Source: an uncultured Thiohalobacter sp.
GTDB lineage: Bacteria; Pseudomonadota; Gammaproteobacteria; DSM-19610
Direction of reading: 5' to 3'
Length of the DNA: 39,499 nucleotides
Assembly: GCA_964634485.1 (NCBI GenBank)
Contig: CAZWJB010000001.1
Location: forward strand, 8,518-48,016
The translations under genes were made by a program, and so were the position numbers. Positions 1 through 9,707 of the stretch are shown piece by piece (the stretch's first letter is position 1; the number at the start of each line of letters is the position of its first letter). The notes below the pieces were generated by a model. That model saw nothing but the letters and a program-made list of their open reading frames with translations. It made no database searches and was not told the DNA's origin.

Positions 1-480
1 TCTGTGCGCCGATACGCCAGCGTATCCGGGTAACGCACTCTCTCCATATTCGGATGTTGCCAGGCTGTACGACTCCTCGCCGCTGGCACAACCTACACTC
101 CATGCGTTCACACTCTGTTGATGCTCGAATGCAGCAGGGATCACTACCTCTTCGACCAGTTTCATGGACGACTCGTGCCGGAAGAAACAGGTCTCATGAA
201 CCGTAAGCTGGTCCACCAGCAGAGACCATTCCCGGACATGGAGATGCCCACTGGACAGATGGTTGTAGTATTCACGGTAATCCTGGCAACCGAGCTTTCG
301 CATGCGTGAGCGTATTCCACTAACCATAAAGGATTTACGCTCCTGCGCAATAAACAGCCCGGCACGGCTCTCCAGCAATCTCGTCCAGGCCGAATATTGC
401 CGGTCGTCCATGTCCAGCGAACACCCGGCTCTGGGCCGGGTTTCCGCGCAGGCTTGTGTCTGTCCACTCGTGTCAGCCAC
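1..480 (-). pseudogene. pilK: PilK/CheR-family chemotaxis methyltransferase, apparently with an internal deletion and frameshift; runs off the window edge
   Basis: Not in the ORF track; translated by hand. From GTG 480 (or ATG 411) the frame reads ...EWSLLVDQLTVHETCFFRH...AWSVGCASGEESYSLA, which are CheR motifs. Directly after YSLA a shifted frame (62..3) reads WQHPNMERVRYPDTLAYRRT, resembling the extreme C-terminus of PilK. Lies immediately downstream of pilJ. Confidence 0.75.
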
Positions 481-494
481 GGGCTTGCGCCCCC

Positions 495-2513
495 CTACCC
501 CGGCAGTTTGAAGCCAGCTACCGAGTGACCCATTTCGTCAGCCAGGCTGGCGAGGTTACCGATTGAAGCTGAGGTTTCGTTGGTACCGGCTGAAGTCTGC
601 GTCGTGATCTCCTGGATAACATGCATGGTCTCGGAAATGTTACCTGCCGCCTTGGACTGCTGGCGGGCGGAAGCCGATATATTCTGGATCAACCCGGCAA
701 GATCGTCGGACACCTTCTGGATCTGGTCCAGGGCTTGCCCGGATTCCTCGGCAAGACGCGCACCGTTAACAACACCCGCGGTGCTCTGTTCCATGGAGAT
801 AACCGCTTCGTTGGTATCCGTCTGGATAGTTTTGACCAACGCCTCGATCTGTTTGGTTGCGTTACTGGAACGCTCTGCGAGTCGCTGAACTTCGTCAGCA
901 ACCACCGCGAAACCGCGGCCTGCTTCACCGGCCATGGCGGCCTGAATAGCCGCATTCAACGCCAGGATGTTGGTCTGTTCGGCGATGTCATTGATAAGTT
1001 CAACGATATCACCGATTTCCTGGGAACTTTCACCAAGGCGTTTGATACGCTTTGAAGTCTCCTGGATAGTTTCACGGATACGGTCCATACCGTCGATATT
1101 GCGGCGCACCGTATCACCACCTTTCCTGGCAAACTCAACCGAGTTCATTGCCATCTCGCTGGTCTCTTCGGAATTCCTGGACACCTCATCGATCGATACT
1201 GCCATTTCGTTTATCGACGTTGTAGCGGAGGCGATTTCATCTGCCTGGTGAGTACTCGCTTCAGTCAGATGCCGGGCTGTTTTCTGCGTCTGTCCGGCGG
1301 CGGAAGACACCTGCCCGGAGGTCTCGTTGATGGTTGTAACCATGTCACGCAGAGCGTCAATGGTGTAGTTAACCGAATCTGCAATCGCGCCGGTGAAATC
1401 CTCGGTAACCGTCGCGTACGTGGTGAGGTCACCGTCAGCCAGATTACCCATCTCATCCAGCAACCGCAGGATGGCTTCCTGGTTTTTCGCGTTCTCCATT
1501 TCAGCCTGTTTGCGACGATTTTCCTGATCCCGATACACCTGCATACCCAGCAGGAACAGTACCAGCAGACCGACACTGCCTAACATATAGGCCATTTCAG
1601 GCTGCACCGGCCGCAAATCCGCTGCCAGCGAGTAAGCATTCTGCAGACGTAGTGCTGCTGCAAACAGGTCATCAGATCTGGAAGAGGTACTGTGAGCCGC
1701 CGCCTGAATCTCCAGCAAGTCTTCTGACAGGTCGAGAAGTTCTTCCACGTAGTCCGCCACTATGGTGAACAACATGGAAGTCTCAAACAGCTTGGCCTGA
1801 ACTTCTTCATTCTTGACCATGGCAATAGAATCGTTGCCTCGCACCATACCTTCCAGCACCGATCCATACTCTTCTACGTCTTCAGAAAATCGTTCGATAG
1901 CCATCTCCACATCGGTGCCGCTCAAAGCATGGTTGACGTTGTTGGCAATGCGCTGGCTGAGCATCAACTGCCGTGTCGCCAGATTAATGGTTTCGGGACT
2001 GGCGTTATTATCCAGGAGAATACCAGCGATCTCCTCGTCGTAGGCCTGCAGTTTCGGCATCAGCTCATTGATGACCTTACTGGCTTCGGCTACCACGGCC
2101 ACACCTTCCTGGCTGTCCAGGACGAAGGCAATACTGTCCCGGAAACCCTGCCAGACCTCTTCAACGGCAAGCAGGTCTTCCGCGACGGCCTCATTACTGG
2201 GTGGAAGCCCGGTTGCTACATTACCGTTACGCTCATTGTCCAGCGTCTCATCAAAACGGTCACGATAGTGGGTCAACTGGCTGAATGCAGCCTCAACACC
2301 GGACGAAGCCTCAAGTGCGTATTTCGCAATCTGTTGCGAGAGCACCTGTTGTTCACCGGTATAACCGATGTACTCCTTGTCATGGCTGGCCGTGACTCCA
2401 ACGTACCAGAATGTGGCAACCATGGCACCAAACGATAACAGCAAGGCTGTTATCAGGTACATCGTCCTTTTCTGTGAACCCGCCTTGGTGCGGGATTGAT
2501 TCTCTGTACTCAT
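495..2513 (-). CDS. pilJ: Methyl-accepting chemotaxis protein PilJ
   Basis: Two TM segments, periplasmic PilJ-type repeats (QLMLSQRIA), HAMP region and MCP signalling hairpin (QTNILALNAAIQAAMAGEAGRGFAVVADEV). AGGAG RBS; in pilGHIJK order. Confidence 0.95.
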   Translation of the reverse strand: MSTENQSRTKAGSQKRTMYLITALLLSFGAMVATFWYVGVTASHDKEYIGYTGEQQVLSQQIAKYALEASSGVEAAFSQLTHYRDRFDETLDNERNGNVATGLPPSNEAVAEDLLAVEEVWQGFRDSIAFVLDSQEGVAVVAEASKVINELMPKLQAYDEEIAGILLDNNASPETINLATRQLMLSQRIANNVNHALSGTDVEMAIERFSEDVEEYGSVLEGMVRGNDSIAMVKNEEVQAKLFETSMLFTIVADYVEELLDLSEDLLEIQAAAHSTSSRSDDLFAAALRLQNAYSLAADLRPVQPEMAYMLGSVGLLVLFLLGMQVYRDQENRRKQAEMENAKNQEAILRLLDEMGNLADGDLTTYATVTEDFTGAIADSVNYTIDALRDMVTTINETSGQVSSAAGQTQKTARHLTEASTHQADEIASATTSINEMAVSIDEVSRNSEETSEMAMNSVEFARKGGDTVRRNIDGMDRIRETIQETSKRIKRLGESSQEIGDIVELINDIAEQTNILALNAAIQAAMAGEAGRGFAVVADEVQRLAERSSNATKQIEALVKTIQTDTNEAVISMEQSTAGVVNGARLAEESGQALDQIQKVSDDLAGLIQNISASARQQSKAAGNISETMHVIQEITTQTSAGTNETSASIGNLASLADEMGHSVAGFKLPG

Positions 2514-2590
2514 GCTTCGTCTCCTGACCTAATCAGCTGATCTTTATTCCCTGGTAAAAACAACCCGTTTAAACCAATCATCCTTAACAT

Positions 2591-3133
2591 CTATATTGCA
2601 GCCTTGAGAAACTGCGGCGCCTGCGCAAGTGCATGCAAACTGAACACACCCCAGTGTTCTGCACCCACCTTGAATCCATGCAACATATATTCGTGAATAC
2701 TCTCATCGTCGCCCGGCAATTCATTACAACGCTGCTCATCACGAAAATGCCTCAGCCCCATGACGGCGTCGACTACCAGCCCTGAATAGACACCATTGTG
2801 GTTCACCACAAGGATGCGGCTACGCCGGTTCAGTGCAGCCGGGCGATCGTACAGGTAGCCCTGCAGATCCATAATCGGCATCAGGTTGCCGCGCACGTTT
2901 GCGATACCGCATACCCAGTTTTTGGTACGCGGGACCTGGGAAAGACCTGGCGGTGTCAGAATCTCTGCAACTTCACCGAGCGGTGCAACCAGGTGTAGTT
3001 TTCCCAGCCGGAAGCCAATACCGAGCCATTCCTCTTCTGCGTGCTCCTGCTGCGGGAGCCCGTGTGCGTGTTCCAGGCACAACTGTTCCAGGTGCGCCAG
3101 CCGTTCCATTGGTGTCTGAGAAGAACCGGACAT
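2591..3133 (-). CDS. pilI: CheW-like coupling protein PilI
   Basis: CheW motifs (VPRTKNWVCGIANVRGNLMPIMDL; GLVVDAVMG). Start reassigned to ATG 3133, just after the pilH stop. Confidence 0.92.
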   Translation of the reverse strand: MSGSSQTPMERLAHLEQLCLEHAHGLPQQEHAEEEWLGIGFRLGKLHLVAPLGEVAEILTPPGLSQVPRTKNWVCGIANVRGNLMPIMDLQGYLYDRPAALNRRSRILVVNHNGVYSGLVVDAVMGLRHFRDEQRCNELPGDDESIHEYMLHGFKVGAEHWGVFSLHALAQAPQFLKAAI

Positions 3134-3144
3134 ATCCCTGCGCC

Positions 3145-3513
3145 TCAGGCCGCTGCCAGAACCAGATTGATTTTTTCCATCAAGGTTTTCTCGCCTACCG
3201 GCTTGGAAATAAAATCCCTCGCACCCTGGCGCATACCCCACACACGGTCCGTCTCCTGATCCTTGGTGGTAACAATGATGACCGGTATGCCCGAGGTTTC
3301 CGCTCCTTTGGTCAACTGGCGGGTAGCCTGAAAGCCATTCAGGCCCGGCATTACCACATCCATTAAAATAAGATCCGGCTTCAGTTCTTTGGCCCGTTCG
3401 ATGCCTTCAGTACCACTTTCAGCCGTTTCCACTTCGAATCCATGTTTTTCCAGTATGCCTTTAAGGACATGCGCTTCGGTTGGCGAATCGTCTACAATAA
3501 GAATTTGTGCCAT
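3145..3513 (-). CDS. pilH: Single-domain response regulator PilH
   Basis: Receiver domain (ILIVDDSPT, DLILMDVVMPGLNGFQATR, VTTKDQETDRVWG). ATG 3513 with GAGGA RBS. Confidence 0.95.
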   Translation of the reverse strand: MAQILIVDDSPTEAHVLKGILEKHGFEVETAESGTEGIERAKELKPDLILMDVVMPGLNGFQATRQLTKGAETSGIPVIIVTTKDQETDRVWGMRQGARDFISKPVGEKTLMEKINLVLAAA

Positions 3514-3587
3514 TGGTCTTTCCTCTTGGTTGATTACTGCCCCTTCAGGCGTTTGCACTCAGCGGCAACGCATCCGGGAACGTTTTA

Positions 3588-4052
3588 TTACGCCTTGACG
3601 TGTTCGCGAATCGCTCCCAGTAATTCGTCTTTGGTAAATGGCTTGGTCAGGTACTGGTCAGATCCCACAATGCGGCCGCGCGCACGGTCAAACAAACCGT
3701 CCTTACTGGACAACATGACAACCGGGGTTGCTCCAAAAACCTGGTTGTTCTTGATAAGTGCGCACGTCTGGTATCCATCGAGGCGCGGCATCATGATGTC
3801 AACAAAGATAATGTCCGGTTTTTCATCGGCAATCTTGGCAAGTGCCTCGAACCCGTCAGTCGCGGTCACAACTTTGCAACCTTCCTTTTTCAGCAGCGTT
3901 TCCGCGGTACGACGAATAGTCTTGGAGTCATCGATGACCATGACCTTCGTATTGGAGAAACCGTTTTCCTCGGACACACTGTCAGTGCCGGCAATTTCTT
4001 CAGGCTGGGTTTCCAGTTCTTCTGTTTCTGTTGGATCTACAATGGTTTGCAT
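3588..4052 (-). CDS. pilG: Single-domain response regulator PilG with an acidic N-terminal extension
   Basis: KVMVIDDSKTIRRTAETLL, DIMMPRLDGYQTCALIKNN and LSSKDGLFDRARGRIVGS are PilG signatures. Likely start ATG 4052. Confidence 0.95.
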   Translation of the reverse strand: MQTIVDPTETEELETQPEEIAGTDSVSEENGFSNTKVMVIDDSKTIRRTAETLLKKEGCKVVTATDGFEALAKIADEKPDIIFVDIMMPRLDGYQTCALIKNNQVFGATPVVMLSSKDGLFDRARGRIVGSDQYLTKPFTKDELLGAIREHVKA

Positions 4053-4217
4053 ATGGCTCTTACCTGACCCAATTAAATTCCTGTGTTCGCGTCTGGTTCG
4101 CGAGTCACGCTGCAGGCATGAGTACGCGGCAACTCCAAGCGCCCGATTTGCCGACAAATTTACGATATACTGGCGGCTACTGGCTTCTATCGTCCGTTGA
4201 CCAGCAAACTTTAAAAC

Positions 4218-4233
4218 CATGAAGTAGTTCACA
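4218..4233. promoter_or_regulatory. Candidate CRP/Vfr site in the pilG-gshB divergent promoter region
   Basis: Minus strand reads TGTGA-ACTACT-TCATG, 8/10 match to TGTGA-N6-TCACA. Confidence 0.4.
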
Positions 4234-4266
4234 ATCTGGAACATTAACTAGCTCTGTACAGCCCCG

Positions 4267-5223
4267 ATGACTACCCGACTTGGCATCGTTATGGACCCGA
4301 TCAGCAGGATCAAAGTCCACAAAGACAGCAGTTTTGCCATGCTGCTGGCGGCCCAGGCGCGCGGCTGGCAGCTTTACTATATGGAACAGGGGGATCTGTA
4401 CCTGCAGGATGGCCGCGCTTTTGCCTCCATGCGGCAACTCCAGGTACGGGATCAGAAATCTGACTGGTACGAACACTCCGGGCTTGAGGAACACCCGCTA
4501 TCCAGCCTTGATGTTGTGCTGATGCGCAAAGACCCCCCGTTTGACATGGAATATCTCTATACCACGAATATTCTGGAACGCGCCGAACTGGAGGGGGTGC
4601 TGGTTGTCAACCGTCCCTCTTCACTGCGCGATTGCAACGAGAAATTGTTTACCGCCTGGTTTCCGGAATGCTGTGCGCCCAGTGTCGTCAGTCGTGATCC
4701 GGCACGCCTGCGGGCATTTCTCCGCCAGCACCGGGACATCATCCTCAAACCGCTGGATGCCATGGGTGGCGCCTCCATTTTTCGGGTACGTGCAGATGAT
4801 CCGAACATCAGTGTGATTCTGGAAACCCTCACCGAACTGGGGCAACGTACCGCTATGGCACAGAAATTCATTCCGGAAATCAGCCGTGGAGATAAACGCA
4901 TCCTGATGGTCGGCGGTGAGCCCGTGCCTTATGCGCTGGCGCGTATACCCGCCAAGGGTGAAACACGCGGCAATCTGGCGGCCGGCGGCCGTGGTGAGGG
5001 TATCGAGCTCAGTGACCGCGATCGCTGGATCTGTGCACAAACCGGCCCGCAACTGCGTGAACGCGGGCTGATGTTCGTCGGCCTCGACGTCATTGGTGAT
5101 TATCTGACAGAGATAAACGTCACCAGTCCAACCTGCATCCGCGAACTGGATCGACAATATGGACTGGATATTGCTGGTCAGCTTATGGAATGTATAGAAG
5201 CCCGGCTCCAGTCCGGTAGTTGA
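4267..5223 (+). CDS. gshB: Glutathione synthetase
   Basis: VMDPI..KDSSFAML, LMRKDPPFD, NEKL, KPLDAMGG, RGNLAAGG, EINVTSPT. Divergent from pilG, the conserved arrangement. Confidence 0.97.
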   Translation: MTTRLGIVMDPISRIKVHKDSSFAMLLAAQARGWQLYYMEQGDLYLQDGRAFASMRQLQVRDQKSDWYEHSGLEEHPLSSLDVVLMRKDPPFDMEYLYTTNILERAELEGVLVVNRPSSLRDCNEKLFTAWFPECCAPSVVSRDPARLRAFLRQHRDIILKPLDAMGGASIFRVRADDPNISVILETLTELGQRTAMAQKFIPEISRGDKRILMVGGEPVPYALARIPAKGETRGNLAAGGRGEGIELSDRDRWICAQTGPQLRERGLMFVGLDVIGDYLTEINVTSPTCIRELDRQYGLDIAGQLMECIEARLQSGS

Positions 5224-6263
5224 TGCGCGGCATATTCACCCTGCTGGTTATTAGCCTGCTGCTGGTCACGGGCTGCAGCCGTCCCGCACAGGACGCCTAT
5301 CGGCAACAGCTTTTTGCCTTCGGCACCCTGATAGAAATCACACTCTACGGCGTTGAAGAGAAGCGGGCACAACAGGCCGTACAGGCTGTTGACGCCATGT
5401 ATCAGCGCCAGCATCGTGACTGGCATGCCTGGCAACGCGGCCTGCTGATGGACCTGAACCAGGCCATGGCAGCGGGAAAATCCATCCGCACTGACCCCTC
5501 CATCATACAGTTGATCCAGCTTGGGCAGGGTTTCGAACGCAGCAGTGGCGGCCTGTTTAATCCGGCAATCGGCAATCTGCTGATGCTGTGGGGCTTCCAG
5601 CAGGATGACGCCGCACAAGGTCCACCACCCTCAGGCGAGAACATCCAGCGCTGGCTGGACTCCGCACCCAGCAGCCTGCAACTGCACGTCGACGGGCAGC
5701 TGGTGTGCAGCGATAACCCGGCCGTGCGCCTTGATTTTGGCGGATTTGCCAAAGGTTACTCGGTCGGAAAAGCCGTGGAAATGCTCCAGCAAAGAGGAAT
5801 CGATAACCTGATTGTAAATGCGGGCGGCGACCTTTGCGTCCGCGGCAAGCGTGGCGACAGGCCCTGGCGCATCGGTATTCGCCAACCTGGCTCAAACGGG
5901 ATCCTGGCGAGCATCGAAATGGAAGGCCCTGGCTGTATCTTTACCTCGGGAGACTATGAACGTTTCTTCGAATATAACGGGCGGCGCTACCACCACATCC
6001 TGGACCCCCGCAGCGGCTACCCTGCCGACAAAACAACATCGGTAACCGTCGTGGCCCGGGATCCAACGCTGGCTGATGCGGCAGCCACTGCATTGTTTGT
6101 CGCCGGACCCGACCACTGGCAGGAAATCGCCAGTCATATGGACATACAGGATGTATTACTGCTGGATGAACGCAATGTCGCCTGGCTGACTCCTGCTCTC
6201 GCCGAACGTGTGCATTTCGAGCAACAGCCGGCGGCTGTCGAAATCGTTCAGATAAATCCGTAA
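5223..6263 (+). CDS. apbE: FAD:protein FMN transferase (ApbE family lipoprotein)
   Basis: Lipobox LVTGC; DFGGFAKGY, NAGGD, TSGDYERFF, YHHILDPRSGYP, ADAAATA. ATG overlaps the gshB stop (TGATG). Confidence 0.93.
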   Translation: MRGIFTLLVISLLLVTGCSRPAQDAYRQQLFAFGTLIEITLYGVEEKRAQQAVQAVDAMYQRQHRDWHAWQRGLLMDLNQAMAAGKSIRTDPSIIQLIQLGQGFERSSGGLFNPAIGNLLMLWGFQQDDAAQGPPPSGENIQRWLDSAPSSLQLHVDGQLVCSDNPAVRLDFGGFAKGYSVGKAVEMLQQRGIDNLIVNAGGDLCVRGKRGDRPWRIGIRQPGSNGILASIEMEGPGCIFTSGDYERFFEYNGRRYHHILDPRSGYPADKTTSVTVVARDPTLADAAATALFVAGPDHWQEIASHMDIQDVLLLDERNVAWLTPALAERVHFEQQPAAVEIVQINP

Positions 6264-6274
6264 AGCGGTATAAT
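6247..6274 (+). promoter_or_regulatory. Candidate sigma-70 promoter for tonB
   Basis: TTCAGA-N16-TATAAT about 43 nt upstream of the GTG start. Confidence 0.4.
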
Positions 6275-6316
6275 TCCTGCATTGAGTACAGAGATACACG
6301 CACCTGGATTAATACC

Positions 6317-7168
6317 GTGACAGCAGTACTGGAATCGCCTCTGGAAACACCAAGCACAGACCGGCTGGCGCTGATGCTGTTTATTGCAACCGCGTTTCAT
6401 GCCCTGATTATTCTCGGCATCGGTTTTGAGGCCTTTGACCGCAATCCGCCCGACCAGGATACACCCACGCTCGATATCACGGTCGTCAACCGCAGCGAAA
6501 CGCCGCCGCCGGAAGACTATGACTACCTCGCAGAATCCAGCCAGGACGGGGCCGGTAATATTGAGGAGAAAGTCCATCCCCAGCAGCAGCTGATCGAGCA
6601 GGCGCCTCCGGTCACGCGCTCGGAAAGCAAGCCCACGCCGACCCAGGTGCTCAGCAGCGACGAAAGTCTGCAAAAAACCGGGCAGCAAACGGAACCGGAA
6701 CCCGAACAGGAATCAGAGCAGACGACTGCTGCAGAACTCATTAACCGCAGTATGGAGATGCTGACGCTCAACCAGCAAATCAACCAGTCTCTGCAAGCGT
6801 ATTCCAAAGCGCCAAAAAGCAAGTTCATCTCGTCGCGCACCAGGGAGTTCAAATACGCCAGCTATATGCGCGGCTGGGTGCAGAAAGTCGAGCGCGTCGG
6901 CGAGCTGAATTACCCGGATAGTGCACGCCGTCAGAACCTGTCCGGCAAACTGATCGTCCAGGTCGCACTGTACCCGGATGGCAACGTGCGGGAAATCACC
7001 ATTCGCAAGCCTTCCGGACACAAGATTCTGGACGACGCCGCTGTACGCATCGTCAAACTGGCCGCACCGTTCGCCCCGTTCCCCGAGAACATCAAGAAGG
7101 AAACCGACGTTCTGTATATTACCCGGACCTGGGTATTTACCAGCGGCAACCGGCTGAAGAGTCACTAA
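6317..7168 (+). CDS. tonB: Energy transducer TonB family protein (TonB3-like)
   Basis: N-terminal TM with the conserved His (ATAFHAL), Pro/Glu/Gln-rich linker, TonB C-terminal domain (NYPDSARR..SGHKILDDAAVRIV). Same position as Pseudomonas tonB3. Confidence 0.88.
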   Translation: MTAVLESPLETPSTDRLALMLFIATAFHALIILGIGFEAFDRNPPDQDTPTLDITVVNRSETPPPEDYDYLAESSQDGAGNIEEKVHPQQQLIEQAPPVTRSESKPTPTQVLSSDESLQKTGQQTEPEPEQESEQTTAAELINRSMEMLTLNQQINQSLQAYSKAPKSKFISSRTREFKYASYMRGWVQKVERVGELNYPDSARRQNLSGKLIVQVALYPDGNVREITIRKPSGHKILDDAAVRIVKLAAPFAPFPENIKKETDVLYITRTWVFTSGNRLKSH

Positions 7169-7235
7169 ACGTCGTGTATCATAGCTGTAGCGAAACCAGC
7201 TTGCGCATAGAGGCTGGTCACAGGATACTAGCAAA

Positions 7236-7799
7236 ATGAGCGGCACACGGTACCTGACCAACCAGTTTCTGATCGCCATGCCAGGCCTGGAAGATCCTAA
7301 TTTTTTCCACTCTGTAACCTATATCTGCGAACACAATGACAAGGGGGCGCTCGGGCTGGTGGTCAATCGGCCACTGGATATGCAGCTGGGCAAAATCCTG
7401 CAACATGTACGACTGGAACAGGCAGAACCGGAAGCCAGGCAGATTCAGGTTCATCTTGGCGGCCCGGTACAGCAGGACCGCGGCTTCGTCCTGCATGAAC
7501 CGCTGGGCGAATGGGAAGCCACGCTCAAGGTCACCGACCGGATTGGCATCACATCTTCAATGGATGTTCTGGAAGCCATCGCCAGAAATGAAGGCCCGGA
7601 ACACACACTGATTACGCTCGGTTATGCCGGCTGGGGTGCGGGCCAGCTGGAGCAGGAAATGGCGGATAATGCCTGGCTGACCGGCCCGGCACATCCCGAC
7701 ATCCTGTTTGACACACCCGACGAGGAACGCTGGAAAGCCGCCGCCGCATCACTCGGAATTGATCTGGATCTGCTGTCAGGAGAAGCCGGCCACGCCTGA
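7236..7799 (+). CDS. yqgE: YqgE/AlgH family protein
   Basis: FLIAMP..DPNF, GLVVNRP, GGPV, GYAGWGAGQLEQE...NAWL. Confidence 0.95.
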   Translation: MSGTRYLTNQFLIAMPGLEDPNFFHSVTYICEHNDKGALGLVVNRPLDMQLGKILQHVRLEQAEPEARQIQVHLGGPVQQDRGFVLHEPLGEWEATLKVTDRIGITSSMDVLEAIARNEGPEHTLITLGYAGWGAGQLEQEMADNAWLTGPAHPDILFDTPDEERWKAAAASLGIDLDLLSGEAGHA

Positions 7800-8224
7800 T
7801 GGCTACGTCACCAGCCACTTTCAAAACACTGCTCGGTTTCGACTACGGACGTAAACGTATCGGGGTTGCTGTCGGACAACAGCTTACCCAATCCGCTACC
7901 GCACTGACCACCGTCAGCGCCAGTGATGGCAAACCGGACTGGCCCGCCATCACCCGACTGGTGGAAGAATGGAAACCGGACGCACTGGTGGTCGGAATCC
8001 CGTATCATATGGACGGCAGCGAACAGGATATGACCCGGGCAGCACAGCGTTTCTGCCGGCAGCTGGAAGGCCGTTACCGCTTGCCGGTACATCCGGCGGA
8101 GGAACGCCTCAGTTCCTATATCGTAGAATCTGAGCTGCCGGGGTCCGGCAAATCCGGCCAGACAATCGACCCCCTGTCCGCACAGGTTATCCTGCAGGAC
8201 TGGTTACAACAGAAAGAAACCTGA
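7799..8224 (+). CDS. yqgF: YqgF/RuvX pre-16S rRNA nuclease
   Basis: [33 protein letters not shown]. Translationally coupled to yqgE. Confidence 0.93.
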   Translation: MATSPATFKTLLGFDYGRKRIGVAVGQQLTQSATALTTVSASDGKPDWPAITRLVEEWKPDALVVGIPYHMDGSEQDMTRAAQRFCRQLEGRYRLPVHPAEERLSSYIVESELPGSGKSGQTIDPLSAQVILQDWLQQKET

Positions 8225-8226
8225 AT

Positions 8227-8727
8227 TTGAGCAAACAGCACGATATCGCCGCACTCATCGAACAGATGGCCGCTGACCTGCGACAGCAGCTTGACATCGA
8301 TGACCGAACCGCGATGGTTGGCATACATACCGGCGGTGTCTGGATTGCCCGGGCACTGCACAGGATACTCGATATCCAGGCACCGCTCGGTGTGCTGGAC
8401 ATCTCCTTCTACCGCGATGATTTCACCCGTATCGGCATGAACCCGCAGGTCAAGCCGTCACAACTTCCCTTCGCGCTTGATGACCGGAACATCATCCTGG
8501 TGGATGATGTATTACATACCGGGAGAACCATACGTGCCGCCATGAATGAACTGTTCGATTACGGGCGCCCGGCCTCGATCCTGCTGGCGACACTGGTGGA
8601 ACGCAGTGGCCGTGAATTACCCATCGAGGCCAATGTGGTTGGCCTGACGATGGAGCCAGGTCCAGATGAACACGTAAAACTCAGCGGGCCCGAACCTTTG
8701 GCGCTGGAAATCAGGTCAGGCACGTGA
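8227..8727 (+). CDS. pyrR: Pyrimidine regulator/uracil phosphoribosyltransferase PyrR
   Basis: [34 protein letters not shown] start. Confidence 0.93.
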   Translation: MSKQHDIAALIEQMAADLRQQLDIDDRTAMVGIHTGGVWIARALHRILDIQAPLGVLDISFYRDDFTRIGMNPQVKPSQLPFALDDRNIILVDDVLHTGRTIRAAMNELFDYGRPASILLATLVERSGRELPIEANVVGLTMEPGPDEHVKLSGPEPLALEIRSGT

Positions 8728-9707
8728 AGGTCACCAACGTACAAATCCGTGACGATGGGCGCTTGCGCCATTTCCTCTCCACCGAAGGCCTGACACGCGA
8801 GCTCCTGACAGAAGTTCTGGATACGGCCGAATCGTTCGCCGGCGTTACCGAACAGACAGTAAAGAAGGTTCCACTGCTGCGCGGCAAAACCATCGTCAAC
8901 CTGTTCTTTGAAGCCAGCACCCGCACCCGCACCACCTTCGAGCTGGCGGCCAAGCGACTGTCCGCCGACGTACTGAACATCAACGTCACTGCGTCTTCCG
9001 CGATCAAGGGTGAGACGCTTCTGGATACCCTGCGCAACCTGCAGGCCATGCATGTCGACATGTTTGTGGTCCGGCACACCGATAGCGGCACAGCACATTT
9101 TATTGCGCGCCACGTGCAGCCACACGTCAGCGTCATCAATGCCGGTGACGGCCGGCATGCCCATCCCACCCAGGCGATGCTGGACATGTTCACCATACGC
9201 CGTGAAAAAGGCGGGGATTTTGGTCACCTGACAGTCGCTATTGTAGGTGACATCGCACACTCGCGCGTGGCGCGCTCGCAGATTCACGCCCTTAACCTGC
9301 TTAACACGGGTGACGTACGTGTTGTCGCACCACGCACGCTGATACCGTCACACGTTGAATCACTGGGGGTCCGCGTATTCCACGATCTGCGCGATGGTCT
9401 GCGTGACGCGGATGTTGTCATCATGCTGCGCCTGCAACGGGAACGCATGCTTGGCGCGTTGCTGCCCAGCGAGCACGAATACTTCCAGCTATACGGCCTG
9501 ACCGAAGAAAAACTGTCCATCGCCAGGCCAGATGTCACTGTCATGCACCCGGGCCCGATCAATCGCGGAGTCGAAATAGATTCCAGGGTTGCGGATGGCC
9601 CCCGATCGGTCATCCTGCAACAGGTCACCTACGGTATTGCTGTACGCATGGCGGTCATGTCGATGGCCATGCAACAAAACACAACAATGCAGGAATCCCA
9701 TGCCTGA
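8724..9707 (+). CDS. pyrB: Aspartate carbamoyltransferase catalytic subunit
   Basis: [50 protein letters not shown]. Confidence 0.97.
   Translation: MKVTNVQIRDDGRLRHFLSTEGLTRELLTEVLDTAESFAGVTEQTVKKVPLLRGKTIVNLFFEASTRTRTTFELAAKRLSADVLNINVTASSAIKGETLLDTLRNLQAMHVDMFVVRHTDSGTAHFIARHVQPHVSVINAGDGRHAHPTQAMLDMFTIRREKGGDFGHLTVAIVGDIAHSRVARSQIHALNLLNTGDVRVVAPRTLIPSHVESLGVRVFHDLRDGLRDADVVIMLRLQRERMLGALLPSEHEYFQLYGLTEEKLSIARPDVTVMHPGPINRGVEIDSRVADGPRSVILQQVTYGIAVRMAVMSMAMQQNTTMQESHA

Noticed and set aside
162-467. 101-aa minus-strand ORF (and 118..309 +, 302..511 +)
   Set aside because: Alternative frames over pilK; the CheR motifs are in a different frame that the track missed because it runs off the window.
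4053-4244. Long N-terminal extensions given by the ORF track for pilG (likewise pilH, pilI, pyrC', xth, dut, radC)
   Set aside because: They overlap neighbouring genes or promoters and lack homology; downstream ATGs match family starts and mostly have an RBS.
8200-8730. PyrR-binding attenuator
   Set aside because: pyrR starts 2 bp after yqgF and overlaps pyrB, leaving no room for a leader; no terminator/anti-terminator seen.
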